From positions 70,370,001 to 70,434,000 of the forward strand of contig OX597826.1 in NCBI GenBank assembly GCA_951406725.2: DNA of 64,000 nt, written 5' to 3'. This stretch comes from Octopus vulgaris (Eukaryota). Both the position numbers and the translations under genes were made by a program. Each line of letters starts with the position of its first letter. Position 1 is the first letter of the stretch. Shown piece by piece: positions 27,321-42,263 of this stretch. Under the pieces are notes generated by a model, which saw nothing but the letters and a program-made list of their open reading frames with translations, made no database searches and had not been told where the DNA came from.

Positions 27321-28040
27321 CAGGGTGCTGCAAATATACTCTCATCTAAATTATACAAAAATGAAAATAACACTGACGTCTCATTTTAGCAGATATATTT
27401 ACCAAAATTACATAAAAATATCTTGAAATACTAAAGAGTAAATTTATTCAATAAAATCGCCATTGGCTTCAGCCATGGCCTGCAGATGACTTCAGAATCA
27501 CCTGCAACTCTTCTGGACAGTCTCCTTGTTAAAGTTGGTGAATGTTGCCATAATCCTTGCCTTCAGTTCATCTTTGCTGTTACAAGGAGTTTTGTTGGTC
27601 TCTCGCTCAACTGCACCCCACACATAATAATTAAGGGGGTTGCAGTCTGAGGAGTTAAGTGGCCAGATGTTAGGGGTGATGTGGCCGCAGAAATTGTCTG
27701 ACAGCCATGACTGAGTTCTCCTGCTTGCGTGGCATGGTGCAGAGTCCTGTTGCCAACCATAGGGTCTTCCGGCAGCCACCCTCTTCACCCAGGGCATCTA
27801 CTATCTCCTCTAGACATTTGATGTAGGCCTTCATGTTGAGTTTGAGACTGTGTGGGAATATGGATGGCATAACATTGCCATCACTAGTGATCACTCCAAA
27901 TGCTGGATGTTTGATTTTTATCACTCTCAGTACATGTTTTGGGGATGTGGCAAGCCAACAGCTGTTCAGTGTGTTCCGCCAGGATCACCATCTGATCCTA
28001 GCAGAAATTTTTCTCATCTGAGAAAAACCAAAGCATGTTT
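27321..28040 (-). pseudogene. Degenerate Tc1/mariner-superfamily transposase fragment (DD37D/maT-like) with one terminal repeat
   Basis: WQQDSAPCH...WPLNSSDCNPLNYYVWG; 37 residues between the second D and the expected third D (here N); frameshifts and stops; TA|CAGGGTG end at 27321. Confidence 0.85.
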
Positions 28041-28804
28041 GGTTGGAGGAGATGCTTGAGTTTGGTGATGATATACACACATATATACTCGCATATGTAC
28101 ACTCATCTAAGAATCTGTAAGTCAGAAAAAATATGCAGTTGTATATTTGTCGATAGAGTGGATATGTCGAGGTGTGTGCATTTGCATATGAGATGTTACA
28201 CTTAAGACTTGCACAGACACATACACACACAAACACACTGCTGAATTTTAGCTATTTTGGACATTTTCAATGACATGTACCTGCAGCCAAGCACATGCTT
28301 GAAGGAGAATTTTGTTCAGATGATATTTATTGTGTTTATACTTTCCAATGATGTGCTCACAGCCTACCACATGCTTGGGCAAGAATTCATTTTCTCTGAT
28401 GTAGGAAAGAAGGAATAAAACATTTGCTGATGTTGGGAACAGCCATGCAGCTGAATAAAAATTCAGTGTATGCAATTGATGCAATATTAAATTAAAATAG
28501 CTATCTACGAATCATACCTAATACATATATATACCTTGTTGATGTGCTGATTACTGTTGTATTTTTCCCAAGAAAACATCTCTTATGGACACGGTCTATT
28601 AAAAACACAAACCAAAATGCAGCTTGTCATCTTGCTGGGTGCTGCTTCTGGGACAAGTTTCATCTTCCCTGGTATTTATTGTGTTTTTATCACAAGGCCA
28701 TAAGAAATGTTATTCCAGGATATATACTGTAGTAACTGGCCCATTAACAGTCTATATACATGAAGTATAATACATAGATGTATATACACAATACATAAAT
28801 ATAT

Positions 28805-28861
<57 letters not shown>

Positions 28862-29401
28862 TATATAATATATGTATATATATATATAGTATGTTCTTTA
28901 TACAGTATGATAAAATAAGAATGGGAGACAAAACAGAATTATCTCATTATATAATTCTTTACATATATCTCAGTAATAGATTTTAGATGGTTACACATTT
29001 TGTACCAAGATGTAAAGTTATCCCAAATTCACATTTTCAGTAAAAAAAAATATTAAAATAAAAAAAAAAGTGATTAAATTAATTTTTCTTTAATTATTTT
29101 CTTTCCCCGAAAAACACGCTGTCTAACGACCATCTTTAAAGTATTACTGAAACTTTTAAAACTTATATTTAAATAACAATGTGACTGAATAAACGTTTTC
29201 GTTTTCCTTTGTTATTTAATTACTGTATTCTTACACTACGACCACATCATCCTAAACACCTGCATCCTATGAATGTATATGCATAAGCACGGATACATTG
29301 TTGTGAGTAAATGTGTTGGAATGCGGTATAACATATTGCGCTCTTAACAAATAGTCGTGTGTCTTGTGCCATGTTAAGGCATATCATTAACAAATTTTAT
29401 A

Positions 29402-29449
<48 letters not shown>

Positions 29450-30250
29450 TATATATTATATTATATATATAGTTGTCTGTATATACTTAACTCTCTTTTA
29501 TTTATGTGTTAGCTATTGTTAATGTATTTTTTGTATTTTGTTTTACCATCACTCTGTGTTAGATAATATATAATTCCTTGTCTTGGTATGAATATAATTT
29601 TGATGATGATGATCACGATGATGCTGCAGATGATTTATTATTATTATTAATACTTCTATTATTATTATTATTATTATTTTTTATTATTATTATTATTATT
29701 GTTGTTGTCGTTATATTAGTGTTATTGTTATGACAATCGTACTGTTGATAATGGTGATGATGATAATACTTAGAAAAATATTTTGCTTATATGCATTTTT
29801 TTTTTTTTGTCTTTCCCCCCATTTGCATGTAAGGTCATGTTCCTTTATCGGTAATTCTGTTCCAACATAGCAAAGGATAACGGAAGAGTCGGTGGAGCGA
29901 CTTCAATGGACAAAATAAGCAACAGAATTATAGTTACGAGTCTTTATCTACTTAACTTCATTATCCTGCTATGGCCAGTTTTATCATTCATTTTTTCAGG
30001 CTCTCCAAAACCATGTACCAGTAATATACCAGGATTAATTTAATCAACTATGCCCCGCTTCCCTTTTTTTTTTTTCTGTTATACACATGTCACACCCTCT
30101 ACCTCCATTTTCTGATTCATCATTGCAATGTTTTCTATTCCATGCCCTTGTGGCAACAATTAACATAATTATTTTTATTTGTTAATATTATTTGTTTGAT
30201 TAATAATATTATCAAATTTTATTATCATTATTATTATTATTTTTATTATT

Positions 30251-30309
<59 letters not shown>

Positions 30310-30546
30310 TATTGTCTTCATTATTCTACTTTTCGTTTTTCAGATATAAAATGAGTTTGTAAACATTTTTTTTTATTGTAAGATTTGTGTGGGTATATAA
30401 GTGTCTATGTGTGTGTGTGTGTGTGTGTGTGCATGTAAGGTGGATGTATGTTTGCTTACACGTATGTGTGCGTGTGTGTATCATACATATCTTCATGTAT
30501 GTATATGTATGTGTGCATATGCACATATATATTTGTGTATATATGT

Positions 30547-30584
<38 letters not shown>

Positions 30585-31297
30585 GTGTGTGTGTGTGATT
30601 TATGTTGAATGTGGGGCTTTTCTTTCCCCTATGATTTATTCATAAATTTTCACTTGCTATGGCTGCGGAATTTTTTTTTTTTAACTGCTCTAAACAGCTT
30701 TTACCTGTGTTTATATAACAATGTGTGTATGAAGTTCTTTTCAAGAATTCTTTTTTTTTTTTTGGTTCATTTTGCATGTATGTTTAACCATTTACAAAAA
30801 TCAGAAAAAAAAAAATTAAAAAATCAAAATTCATCATCGTATCTTATTAACAACCATCCCCGCCGCCAACACCTTCAGCATTGCCAACACCACTACCACC
30901 ACCGGCATTGTCATCAGCATCATCGTCGTCATCATCATCATCATCGTCGTCGTCATCAACATCGTCATCGTCATGATTATCACTCATATGGTATTGTCAT
31001 CCTCACCATTAATTGTATGTATGTTATTTTCATTGTCATCACCATGGCCACCATCATCTACCATCATCATCATCATCATCAATATCATCACCATTATCAG
31101 CAATGATAATACTGGTATTTATTGCTTTTATCATCCTTGTCATCATCATCCTTGTCATCATCATCAACATCATCATCATCAACATCATCATCATCATCTT
31201 ATGTATATATATTTATATTTTTATCATTTATATATATGCATATATATTTATGCATGTATATATGCACATATATATATATTTATGCATATATATATAT

Positions 31298-31353
<56 letters not shown>

Positions 31354-31691
31354 TTCATTCAGGACTTCTTTTTTGTGTGTCTCTCTTTAAAAAGATGCTT
31401 GAATTTTCAGATTTTGAAAACAAAATGTGTATTTTTTGACATGCTTTTTGCCCTCGTTGTGATAAATACTTCCCCGTTTTGGTTTTATTTTCAATTATTT
31501 TCACATTTTTTTTTCTGTATAGTCATGTCTGTTTCATTGATTTTTATCAAGGAAAAAAAAAATTACATAAATTACTCTTTTTTCCTAATTTTTTTATTAT
31601 ATATGCACACACACACATACATACATACACTTGAGTTATCAAAAGCTTTTAAGGGTTTTTCATCCCTCCCCTAATACTTGATGGAAGTATT

Positions 31692-31730
<39 letters not shown>

Positions 31731-32206
31731 TCACATATACGTATACATATATTTATATAGCAGCTATGACCTTCTTGCTTCAGTTAGTTAGGTTACTAGA
31801 CTATCATAAATTCACCTTTTAAATGTAGGAATTTATGTATGTATGTGAGTCTGTTTATATCGTTGCACACAAAAGTGAATATGTATGTTTTCAAATAAAT
31901 GTGTGTGTTTGTGTGTGTAGAGTTCGATTTTTTTTTCATACCCGAATATGTCAATACGTTTTTTATTGATATCTTGATTCAGGTCCATTATGAAATATAT
32001 TTGTCAAAAGTTGTTTTCTATAGAAAAAAATTTTTTTAAATAAAGCAGTATGGGGCCCTTATAAATGAAGGTTGTTTTTTTTTGTTAATTGTGTTTTTGG
32101 TCACCTTTACAAGGTTGTTTTAGAAAGAATGTTGTAAAATATACATCTATCTATCCATCTTTCAAATAATCTCTTTATCTATCTATTTATCTATCTATAT
32201 ATCTAT

Positions 32207-32249
<43 letters not shown>

Positions 32250-32567
32250 CCTATCTATCTATCTATCTATCTATGAGTTAGTGTGTGTGTGTGTTTATGT
32301 GTCTGTATGTGTGTAAGTAAAAAATACACGTACACATACAAACATATATGTCTCAATTGGGTGAAGATTGTTTTGGTGTTTATTTATTTTTCACTTGTTT
32401 GTTTGTTGTTTTTGCATGTATATCATGTATGTGTTGATGCATGTAGGTGTTTTAATTACTAGATGATTCCATTTTTAATTGGTTGTAGGTTTTCTTCCCA
32501 TATTGAATTTTGGGTTATTTTTATTTATTCATCTTCATCATCATCATTGTTATTATTATTATTATTG

Positions 32568-32625
<58 letters not shown>

Positions 32626-35600
32626 CATTATTAATATTATTATTATTATTATTATCATTATTGGCATTGAGCTGGCAGAAGCGTTAGCATGCCAGACAAA
32701 ATGCTTAATGGCATTTTACCTGTATTTATGTTCTGAGTTCAAATGCCACTGAGCTCAACTTTGCCTTTCATCCCTTCAGGGTCGATGAAATAAGTACCAG
32801 TTGAGCACTGGGGTCAATGTAATTGACAAGGCCCTTCCCTGAAATTTTCAGGCCTTGTGCCTATAGTAGAAAGGATTATTGTTATTATTATTATTATTAT
32901 TATTATTAGTTTTATTATTATTAAGGCAATTAGCTGGTAGAATCGTTATCATCTCAAAGGAAGTGCTTAATGGCATTTTTTCCTACCCTTTGTATTCTCA
33001 GTTCAAATTCCACCAAAGTTCACTTCCTCTTTCATCCTTTGATGAAAAAATAAAATGAAGTACCAGTCAATTACTGGTATCGGTTCACTAGCCCCCACCC
33101 AGCTAAAGGTGTTATCATTGTGTCAAAAGTTGAAGCAATTATTACCATTGTTTTGCATAAACAAGTTGCCAGACTGGTAGAATCATTACAGCACCAAACG
33201 AAATGCTTAGCAATACTTTGTTCAAGTCCTTCTGGCGTTGACCCTGCTTTTCATCCTAGCGGTGAGAGATGGGGGGGGGGGGCAGTTGATGAAATAAGTA
33301 CCAGTTGTTCACTGGGGTTGATCTAACTGACTTATCCCTTGCCCTGGAATTTCTGGCCTTATGCCAAAATTTGAAACCGTAATTTTGCATAAACGGAATT
33401 ATGGTCTGACCTCAATCAATTTCACCAACTTAATTGTAAAAAAAAAATACTTGCTCAGATGGCATACAAGGGATCAAATCCTAACCCTTGACTTCCATTC
33501 CACCTCTAATATCAACACTGCATCTATAACCAAGACAACTCTAAACTGCCTCAGTCCATCTAGCTGTAAATAGATACCATGCACTGACACAGCAGCAACA
33601 CTGTATATTAATTTAACCTTCTTGAAGAGTCTAGAACTTTCTAACTATCTTAGAAAAACCATTGCTGGTTTAGTCAATTAGGTGCCAGACTACCAATTAC
33701 CAAGATCTGGGCCAGTCTTCATAATCTTTTTCAGAGCTTCTGAGGGTCATGGAATGAAGGAAGTAATCCTCAGACTGGACACATGGCTTGAATGCTTACA
33801 ACAAAGTGGACTCTACTAAAGAAAAACAAGGACCAGATGATAGCATGTTCAGATCGACAGGGCAGTGTGTGTGGCGCAACCAGTAGATCCATAGTGTGTG
33901 GCACAGTCAGCTGTCTCATAGGAAAATGCACAGTATAATCATGGCTCCTCAGGATAATGTACATTGAAATCATTAGATCCACAGGGATGTCTGTGGAACA
34001 ATTAGTAGAGTCATAGTACAGTGTATGGAACAAGATCCATAGAATATCAGAGGCCTTGAGGAATTTCATTACTTACATTTGCATCCTTTTATTTCAAATA
34101 AATCAGAACTGACTCTACCCTTTCACCATTCCAGAGTCAATAAAATGAGCAACAATTGACTGGTTTATTGAGCCCCTTCTTGAGGTTTTGAGGTTATCCC
34201 TATCAAATACTGGGACTCTTTGTTACCTCCCAAATCTCTCCCCGAAAGTTTTTTGTTTGTATTTTAGAAATCATTATTGTCAATTGGGGCAAAGAACTGG
34301 TCAGATTGGTAAATGATCAGGCATAATGCCTTGTGGTATTGAAATGCCTCCTTTTATTGTTCTCTGTTCAAATCCCATAAAGGTTAACTTTCCATTTCAT
34401 CATTCCAAGGTTGATAAACTAAAGTACCCATAATTTACTGGAGTTATAATCCGTAATAAACATGACTGATTTGAACTCAGAACCTATGTTCTCCCAAAGT
34501 GTGTAGCACCATCACTATCTTAGATATATTTATTATTATTGTTTTAATTGTATTTCCTTTTTTTATTTTCATTTTGTGTTTCTGTTTTGTATTAGTCATG
34601 GTTAAAATAGATTTGAAATTGATCCCTACAGAGTTAGATTATAATCAATAATTATTTATTATTTACAACAAACCTATCATTTTTCAAATTCTGGTTTCTG
34701 ACTCTTTGGAAAACTGGCTACGGCAATAAGTCATCAGGTTGGCAGAGCTTCTGGGTTATGATTGAGAATATTCTTAGATGATGTATTGAGTATTTGATGG
34801 CCTTTCAAATTCCCACTGTATTATATAGGGACAAGGAGTATTCTTGACAAAATATGCTATAATAGTTAGTTTTTCTATATTTTTCCTACATTCTGAACTC
34901 AAATTCTGCTGCTGTTAACTTTGATTTTCAATTCACTCAGGATTCTGTAAAATAAATACCAGCTGTTTATTGGGAGTCAGTTGAATTTATTGTACATCTC
35001 ACTAGATATCTACTATAAAAGGTTTTGTTAAACACTACTTTACAATAGAGGACAGTGGACAAACAGGAGTGTTGAATGCACAGATGTACTGGACACACAG
35101 AAACATATGTAGCTATACACACTAGATACATAAATGTATTCAATATACAGATGTACTATACATACAGACATAATGGACATACAAACATGCTAGACACGCA
35201 GGTATGCTCAAATCTCAGATATACAGGACACAATTGTTCTAGCTTACAGATGAACTAGGTACACAGTCGTACTAGTTGCAGTTGAACAAGATATGCATTT
35301 GCTAGGCATACCAATGTACTAAACACAGAATAATGTACTGGAGAAAATCTGACCCAGCTAAATTCTACTTCTAACACAGTTTCAATGTTTCATCCACTGC
35401 TCCACTAAACCTATCATGCAAAGGTACTGAGTTCAGTCCTACCCAAAGATTAACCGACCATGTATAAAGATATATAGACATCATATCAATAGAGCAGTGT
35501 TGCCTTAAAGATGAAGCCATCCATGTTACTGTAACACAACAATTTGTTTTGTACATCATATACTCAACCTCTTTGATCCATAGTCTGGCATTCCACCAGT

Positions 35601-37241
35601 TATGAAGATGAGGGTTCCTGTTGATCCAATCAATGGAACAGCTTGCTCGTGAAATTAATGTTCAAGTGGCTGAGCACTCCACAGACATGAGTATCCTTAA
35701 CATAGTTCTCAAGGAGCTTCAGCATGACACGGAAAATGACAAGGGCTGGCCCTTTGAATTATAAGTACTACTCATTTTGCCAGATGAGTGGACTAGAGTA
35801 AGGTGAAATAAAGAGTCTTGCTCAAGGACACACTGCATTGCTGGGAATTGAACTCACAACTTTACAATCATGAAACAAATACTCAAGCCATTAAGCCATG
35901 CACCACTTCATAATGAAGGTACAACATAGTCAGTCCCAGGTGAAACCAGAAGTACAGAATGTGTTGGATGTAAGGTAACCAAATGCTCTGTGCCCTTAGC
36001 ATCAGGCTGGTTACCTCTGTTACTGGCTGTCTCTTAACAGACAAGCTCACAAAGGATGCAACACTCTGACTATTTGTCAGCAACAATAATAATGACAACA
36101 ACAATATCGGTGGCCTGAATAAAGCAGCAAGCTGGCAGAATAGTTTGCACTCTGGACAAAATGCTTGGTGGCACTTCGTCTTCTTTACGATCTGAGTTCA
36201 AATTCCACTGAGGGAGACTTTTTCTTTCATCCTTTCAGGGTCGATATTAAAAGTATCAGTCGAGTACTGGGGGGTCAATGTAATCAACTTTGCTCCCCTT
36301 CCAAAATTGCTGGCCTTGTGCCAAAATTTGAAACCAATATTATTGGCTTGAGTTAGTTGTTACTGCTTCATAATTGGTTTTCCCATTTTAAGTTACTACA
36401 GCAACTTGAGTTCCAATAATAATAGTCATAATAATAATAATAGTAATAATAATAATAATGCCATTAACAACAACAACAACAAAAATTAGCCACCTTAATT
36501 AGTTTATTTTATAATTCATTTATGGATGTTTTTTTTTTCTTCCACTCCCTTCAAAATTTTTCTAAAAATCATTTTCCATATTTTATTTTTATTTTCATTT
36601 TTTTTTTCTTTGTTTGGTCTTCCTATGTTTACTGTCTTGCATTCTCTTGGATCTTCCCTGTCTGTGTGTTAAAAGTTAATTAATCATTGGGTTATAAATT
36701 TGAGACTATTTTATAATTAAGTAAAATGATTTTTGTGTCTCAGAACCTTGGTAACTATGTAATAAAACCCAAGTGACAGTCAGTACCAATACTAGAACTC
36801 TTAAACATGGGTAAGTCATTCAACAATAACCCTGCACACTTTCCGGCAATTCCTACTTTCAGTTTTTTTTTATATTTTTGGTTTTTTTTTGGCGTTTTTG
36901 TATTATTATTATTATTAGTGTTATTATTACTATTATGATTGTTGTTGTTGTTGTTGCTATATTTTTATGTTAGTTTTCTTTAAATTAAAAAAGAAAATTT
37001 TTTTTTTCCTCTTTAGTTCAATCACTGCTGTTTTAGTTTTTAACTTTGTGTATGTGTGTATGTACATATATATATATATACATTATATATATACATACGT
37101 TTGTATGTATATACACACATAAACAGGTGTGTGTATTTACAATGATGGAACCTGCTGTTTTGCAACATTAAAGAGCACCTATTCAGTTTCCCCCCGCTTG
37201 ATTCTAGCTGTTTATTATCAACGCATTTTGCTATATATAGG

Positions 37242-37281
<40 letters not shown>

Positions 37282-37298
37282 CACACATACATATATAT

Positions 37299-37352
<54 letters not shown>

Positions 37353-37395
37353 AATCTCTGAACGAGGTATAAACAGTAGCTGCACGACAATGTGA

Positions 37396-37747
37396 AGTAT
37401 ATTTGCCACTTAAATGTGGCTAACCACTAAGGGTGGATGCTACTGTAGCTTGTAGCCCCAGGAGAACATCTTCTCCAGATGACTATTGACACACTTTCTG
37501 TGCCCTATCAGTATTTTCACATCGAAGACCGGTGATTGTCGTGCGCTGACAAAGGGTAAATACCCAGAAACCCGGGTTCGTGCGTATCACGTCAGGTCGA
37601 CGATGGGAAGGATGGCTTCCCTTTGCAAATACTGATAGGGCACAGAAAGTGTGTCAATAGCCAGCTGGAGAAGATGTTCTCCTGGGGCTACAAGCTACAG
37701 TAGCATCCACCCTTAGTGGTTAGCCACATTTAGATGGCAAATATACT
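37396..37747. repeat. Fold-back element with ~120-bp near-perfect arms
   Basis: aaatgtggctaaccactaagggtggatgctactgtagcttgtagccccaggagaacatcttctccag recurs as an exact reverse complement. Confidence 0.92.
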
Positions 37748-38046
37748 ATATATATATATATATATATATATGTCCAAAATCATGTGTGTAACAACAAAAA
37801 CGTAGACCTCGTTATTGAAATGGAGGAATATATATTTGATATAAGATACAAGCACGGTACACTCGCGCACAGTGCTTGGAGTTTCTCCAGTAGCCCCACA
37901 TGTGGAGTTATCCAATTTCTAGGCATTAAATACCAATTTAAAGTTGGATAGCTTCATATCCACAGCTGCCCAAGAAACCCTGAGTACTGATTATTAATGT
38001 TCCATGCTTATATTTTATATTTTGTACATATATATATATGCATATG

Positions 38047-38103
<57 letters not shown>

Positions 38104-41100
38104 ATGTACATATACATATGCACACACAATGTTCACTAAGTAATTTTTTGAGTTTTTCAGAGGGTTTTTGTCTGTGTGTGTGTGTTTGTATGTGTTGTTC
38201 TTTAGTTTGGAATAAATTTCTTATAGGAGAATCTTTTATACTTTCTAATACCCACCTGGATGATGTAGTTGATGTAGATGATGTAGAAAATGATGATGAT
38301 GATGATGATGATAATGATGATGATGATGATGATGGTGATCGTAGCGGTGGTACTGTTGTAATTTTCGTGTACATGCATAGTTGTTATAGAAATGGTGGCC
38401 AGTGAACAATCAGACGCGACTGTCCTAACCCACAACCAATGCTGAGGTTTACTACCACCATTCATTGTACCAGTAATACACTGAGGGGTCAGTAGCCCAC
38501 TGGACAAGAATGTTGTTACTCTTAGTTTAGAAAGAACGTGTACTCTGATTTAACTGTACACTTTGGGAAATAATAATAATAATAACAGTAATAATAAATA
38601 TTCAATGCTGAGTGGAGATGAAGCTGAAGATTTAAAGAAAATGGAAAGAATGAAATCATATTATACGAGATTACCATTGACTAGAAATTTTAAGAACTTT
38701 ATAATAATTATCCAAGAAAGAAATTAAATTTATTCCTTGCATCTTATGTATTTCTTAATTTCAAATTCAAATTTGTAATCCCACCAAATATTATGAAGAA
38801 ATGGTTATCTCCCTTGTTTTAACTGCCTGCTTGGGGACTCCATATATTTCAAAAAAATATTACAAATATTTTCATCTCTAAAGATGATGTGAATAGTTCA
38901 GGAAAGCTCAAGTAATGATTCTGTCAGGTTGTCAGGTCATAAAAGCTCTTCTAGTAATAAAAAAAACCCACTAAAACTATAAACATTTATAGTACTAAAA
39001 CTACTGAAGTTATAAACTGGTGTTGCAGTGATTATAATAACTTTTCACATAGAGCTGGCAGAATCGTTAGCACGCCAGGCGAAATGCTTAGCGGTATTTC
39101 ATCTGCCGTTACGTTCTGAGTTCAAATTCCGCCGAGGTCGACTTTGCCTTTCATCCTTTCAGGGTCAATTAAATAAATACCAGTCAATCACTGGGGTCGA
39201 TATAATCGACTTAATCCCCTTGTTTGTCCCCTCTATGTTTAGCCCCCTGTGGGCAATAAAGAAATATATAATAACTTTTTACATAGGTATAGGTCCAGAA
39301 ATTTGCAATAGTATTTCATCGGTTATGCTGACCTCAGTCCTTGACCAGTACTTTATTTTATTTTATTGGTGACTGAAGGATTAAAGGCACAGTTGATCTC
39401 AAGCAGGGTTTGGATATAAAGTCAGAATGTAAAGATCCAACTAAACTACTATAGTTATAAACTGCTGTAATAATAAAACCACTCTAGTTATAGACTATTA
39501 GCAAAGGGATCCTGTAGTTATAAATTATTATAGTAATAAAGAATTAGTAGAGTTATAACCTACTGTAGTTATAGACTATTCTAGTAAGGAAATCACAGTA
39601 GTTATACATTATTTTAGTAAAGGAACTACTCTCACAATACACTACTTAATAAAACCACTGTTATAATAACTTATTGTATTTAAAGGCCTCTGGAGTTATA
39701 GACTGTTATTGTAATAAAGAAATACAGTCATTCTAAAATACTTTCATGATGAAATACTCATAGAATAAGGTAAAATTCTGAATTGAGATTTTCACCTTAT
39801 ACTACAAGTATTTTATTTGGGTTTGTGACATAAATAAGTAATCTATAGGAAATGAAGTGGTTAAAATAAATGTAGATGAAGAAAGGGAAAAGTTTAATAA
39901 TTCAGGCTGAGGCTTGGTATCGAGGAAGAAAACAGAGATAACTCTGTGTACTGTTGTCATAACCAACATCACTTCTAGATAACAGCAGAAGGACTCTCTG
40001 TGTTCTTTTCTTCTCAGTACAAAGCCTTAGTCCATCTTGTCAAACTTGCTTATATTTGCCCGACTCCATCATGCTAGCTTTCATAAACCCACATAAAATC
40101 CAAGAGAGGTTTTAGCTGAACATTTAACCCATTTATATCAATACTGGGGTATCCACAGAAGAGTATCACTAATGAGTTCTTAGGTTTCCAGCAATGCCCT
40201 GCAAAATGCAAGCATTTCTCTGTAATGATGTCAATAAACATTGTCATATAATCTTTGTATGTCAGATACTTTTTCTACAAGTTAGTCTAAAAACATTATA
40301 ATTTTCCTTCTAACTACCACATTTATGCTAGGTATAAACTATTCTGGTTATAAGTTCTTGTAATAACTCATCTCAAAATTCTAGACTAGTTGGAGCTTTA
40401 GGGATCAATTAAAAAGGAATCTGTTTAAATTTTCTGTTTGAATTTTCAAAGAAATCAGAGGACGATTTGAAATGAAAATAAGGTCATTGTTTCATTAATA
40501 TGGCCCAATTAAACTCAGCACTTGGTGCTGATAAGACATTCTTGGTTAATTAATTCAAGTATTTGATGCCATCCATTTGTTGCTTTCAAGAAAGCTGGGT
40601 CTTTAAGATCAATTATAGACTAAAACACACAGTGAGAATTTTAAAAGTGTTTTCAATTCTACTTCATCTATATCTCGACAGACACACACATACATACATA
40701 AGCAGGCATGTATCAGCACTCATGCATATTATGTTAAAATAACTCATTACACAAATCCATTGTTATGAAACTAAAACGAAAAAGAGCTGATGTGTGCCTG
40801 TAGATGCTCAGTCATAGCTTACACACTGTGAAGAACGTTTGTAAATATACACTATACATGGAGAATACAAACATACTTGGACTTTCTGTGGAGATAATTT
40901 GAGGGGTTTTTTTTTTTAAACCATAAGATTTAATATTCCTCCTCAGGTCACCCTAAAATGCCCTTAAGTATGTTTTCTGATTCAGTTATAGGCACATTAT
41001 AAATATTCATTTTTGTACAGAGCTGAGAGAGGCTTAAAAAATATATAGTAAGATTAACTTTACAATTAAGCTATACATAACTTACCTTTTCATTATATTT

Positions 41101-41550
41101 ATGTAAACATAACTATATCTTTCTGTGACTATTGATTCAAGTTTAAAGTTTAACTTAACATGCATACTTAGGCATACTGGATCTGATGAGGATGAAAGGA
41201 AATCTGCTATTTACTATAGTGTAATACTTGTTCATATACTCTCATTAACTTTAGTTTTTAATACCCAAATAACTCCCCACAGCAAGACTAAGTATGTTTC
41301 ACTTGGTATTTGGTTGAACTGGTGATATAAAATTTCATAAAACTATCAAAATGTCAGAATTTTTTCAAAGTCCTGATGGTTTGTGGCTACCGTTTCTTTC
41401 GAGTTTTGGTATGGTATGATTGTTGTTCTGTGTTCTTTTTGCAGCTATGTCTTCATAGCTTACTAACACTGCATCATTATGATTATTATTATTATTAGTA
41501 TTATTGTATTTTCTATTTTTCCGTTTTTGTTTTTTTTTTTCCTTTCACAG

Positions 41551-41571
41551 TGAATCGGGATAAAAGAAAAG
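41551..41571 (+). CDS. Candidate microexon (21 nt, VNRDKRK)
   Basis: TACTAAC at 41461, long U-rich tract, cctttcacag| acceptor, AAG|gtagtt donor; 3n, open in phase 1. Confidence 0.65.
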
Positions 41572-41877
41572 GTAGTTCTTTGTTTTTATGCTCCAAACTC
41601 CCAGCTCTTACGGAAAAAGAAAAAAAAAGAAATATACATAAATAAATATTCATAAATCAATGCATAAGTGAGACAAAAAAAAATTGCAAAAAAAATACAA
41701 AATCACTTTCTGCTCTTTGTTCTACAAAAGATTTTAATAACGGCAAAATATATTTATATACATACATACATATCTATTCTGCTTGTATATTTTCTTGATC
41801 TACGTTATTACTACATATGGACATAAGATTAGTTAAATTCATAGCTTTACACATATGTACAAATATATATATATATA

Positions 41878-42033
41878 TGAATATTATTTAATGAACACAG
41901 TATATATATTTTTGTGGGCCTGATGATTGTGTGAAGGCACCAGACATGTTATAAAATGCAGTCCGAGTTGTTTTCATCACATGAAACTATTAGCAACTCA
42001 CAAAAAGATATAATCTGTGTTTATTAAATAATA

Positions 42034-42095
<62 letters not shown>

Positions 42096-42263
42096 TACAT
42101 ATATATATATTATTTAATAAACACAGTTTATATCTTTTTGTGACCTGCTAATAGTTTCATGTGATGAAAACAACTCGGACCGCATTTTATAACATGTCTG
42201 GTGCTTTCACACAATCCTCAGGCCCACAAAAAAATATATTCTGTGTTCATTAAATAATATTCA
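41878..42263. repeat. Fold-back element with ~150-bp arms around a (TA)n spacer
   Basis: caccagacatgttataaaatgcagtccgagttgttttcatcacatgaaactattagca and its reverse complement at about 42146-42203. Confidence 0.92.
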
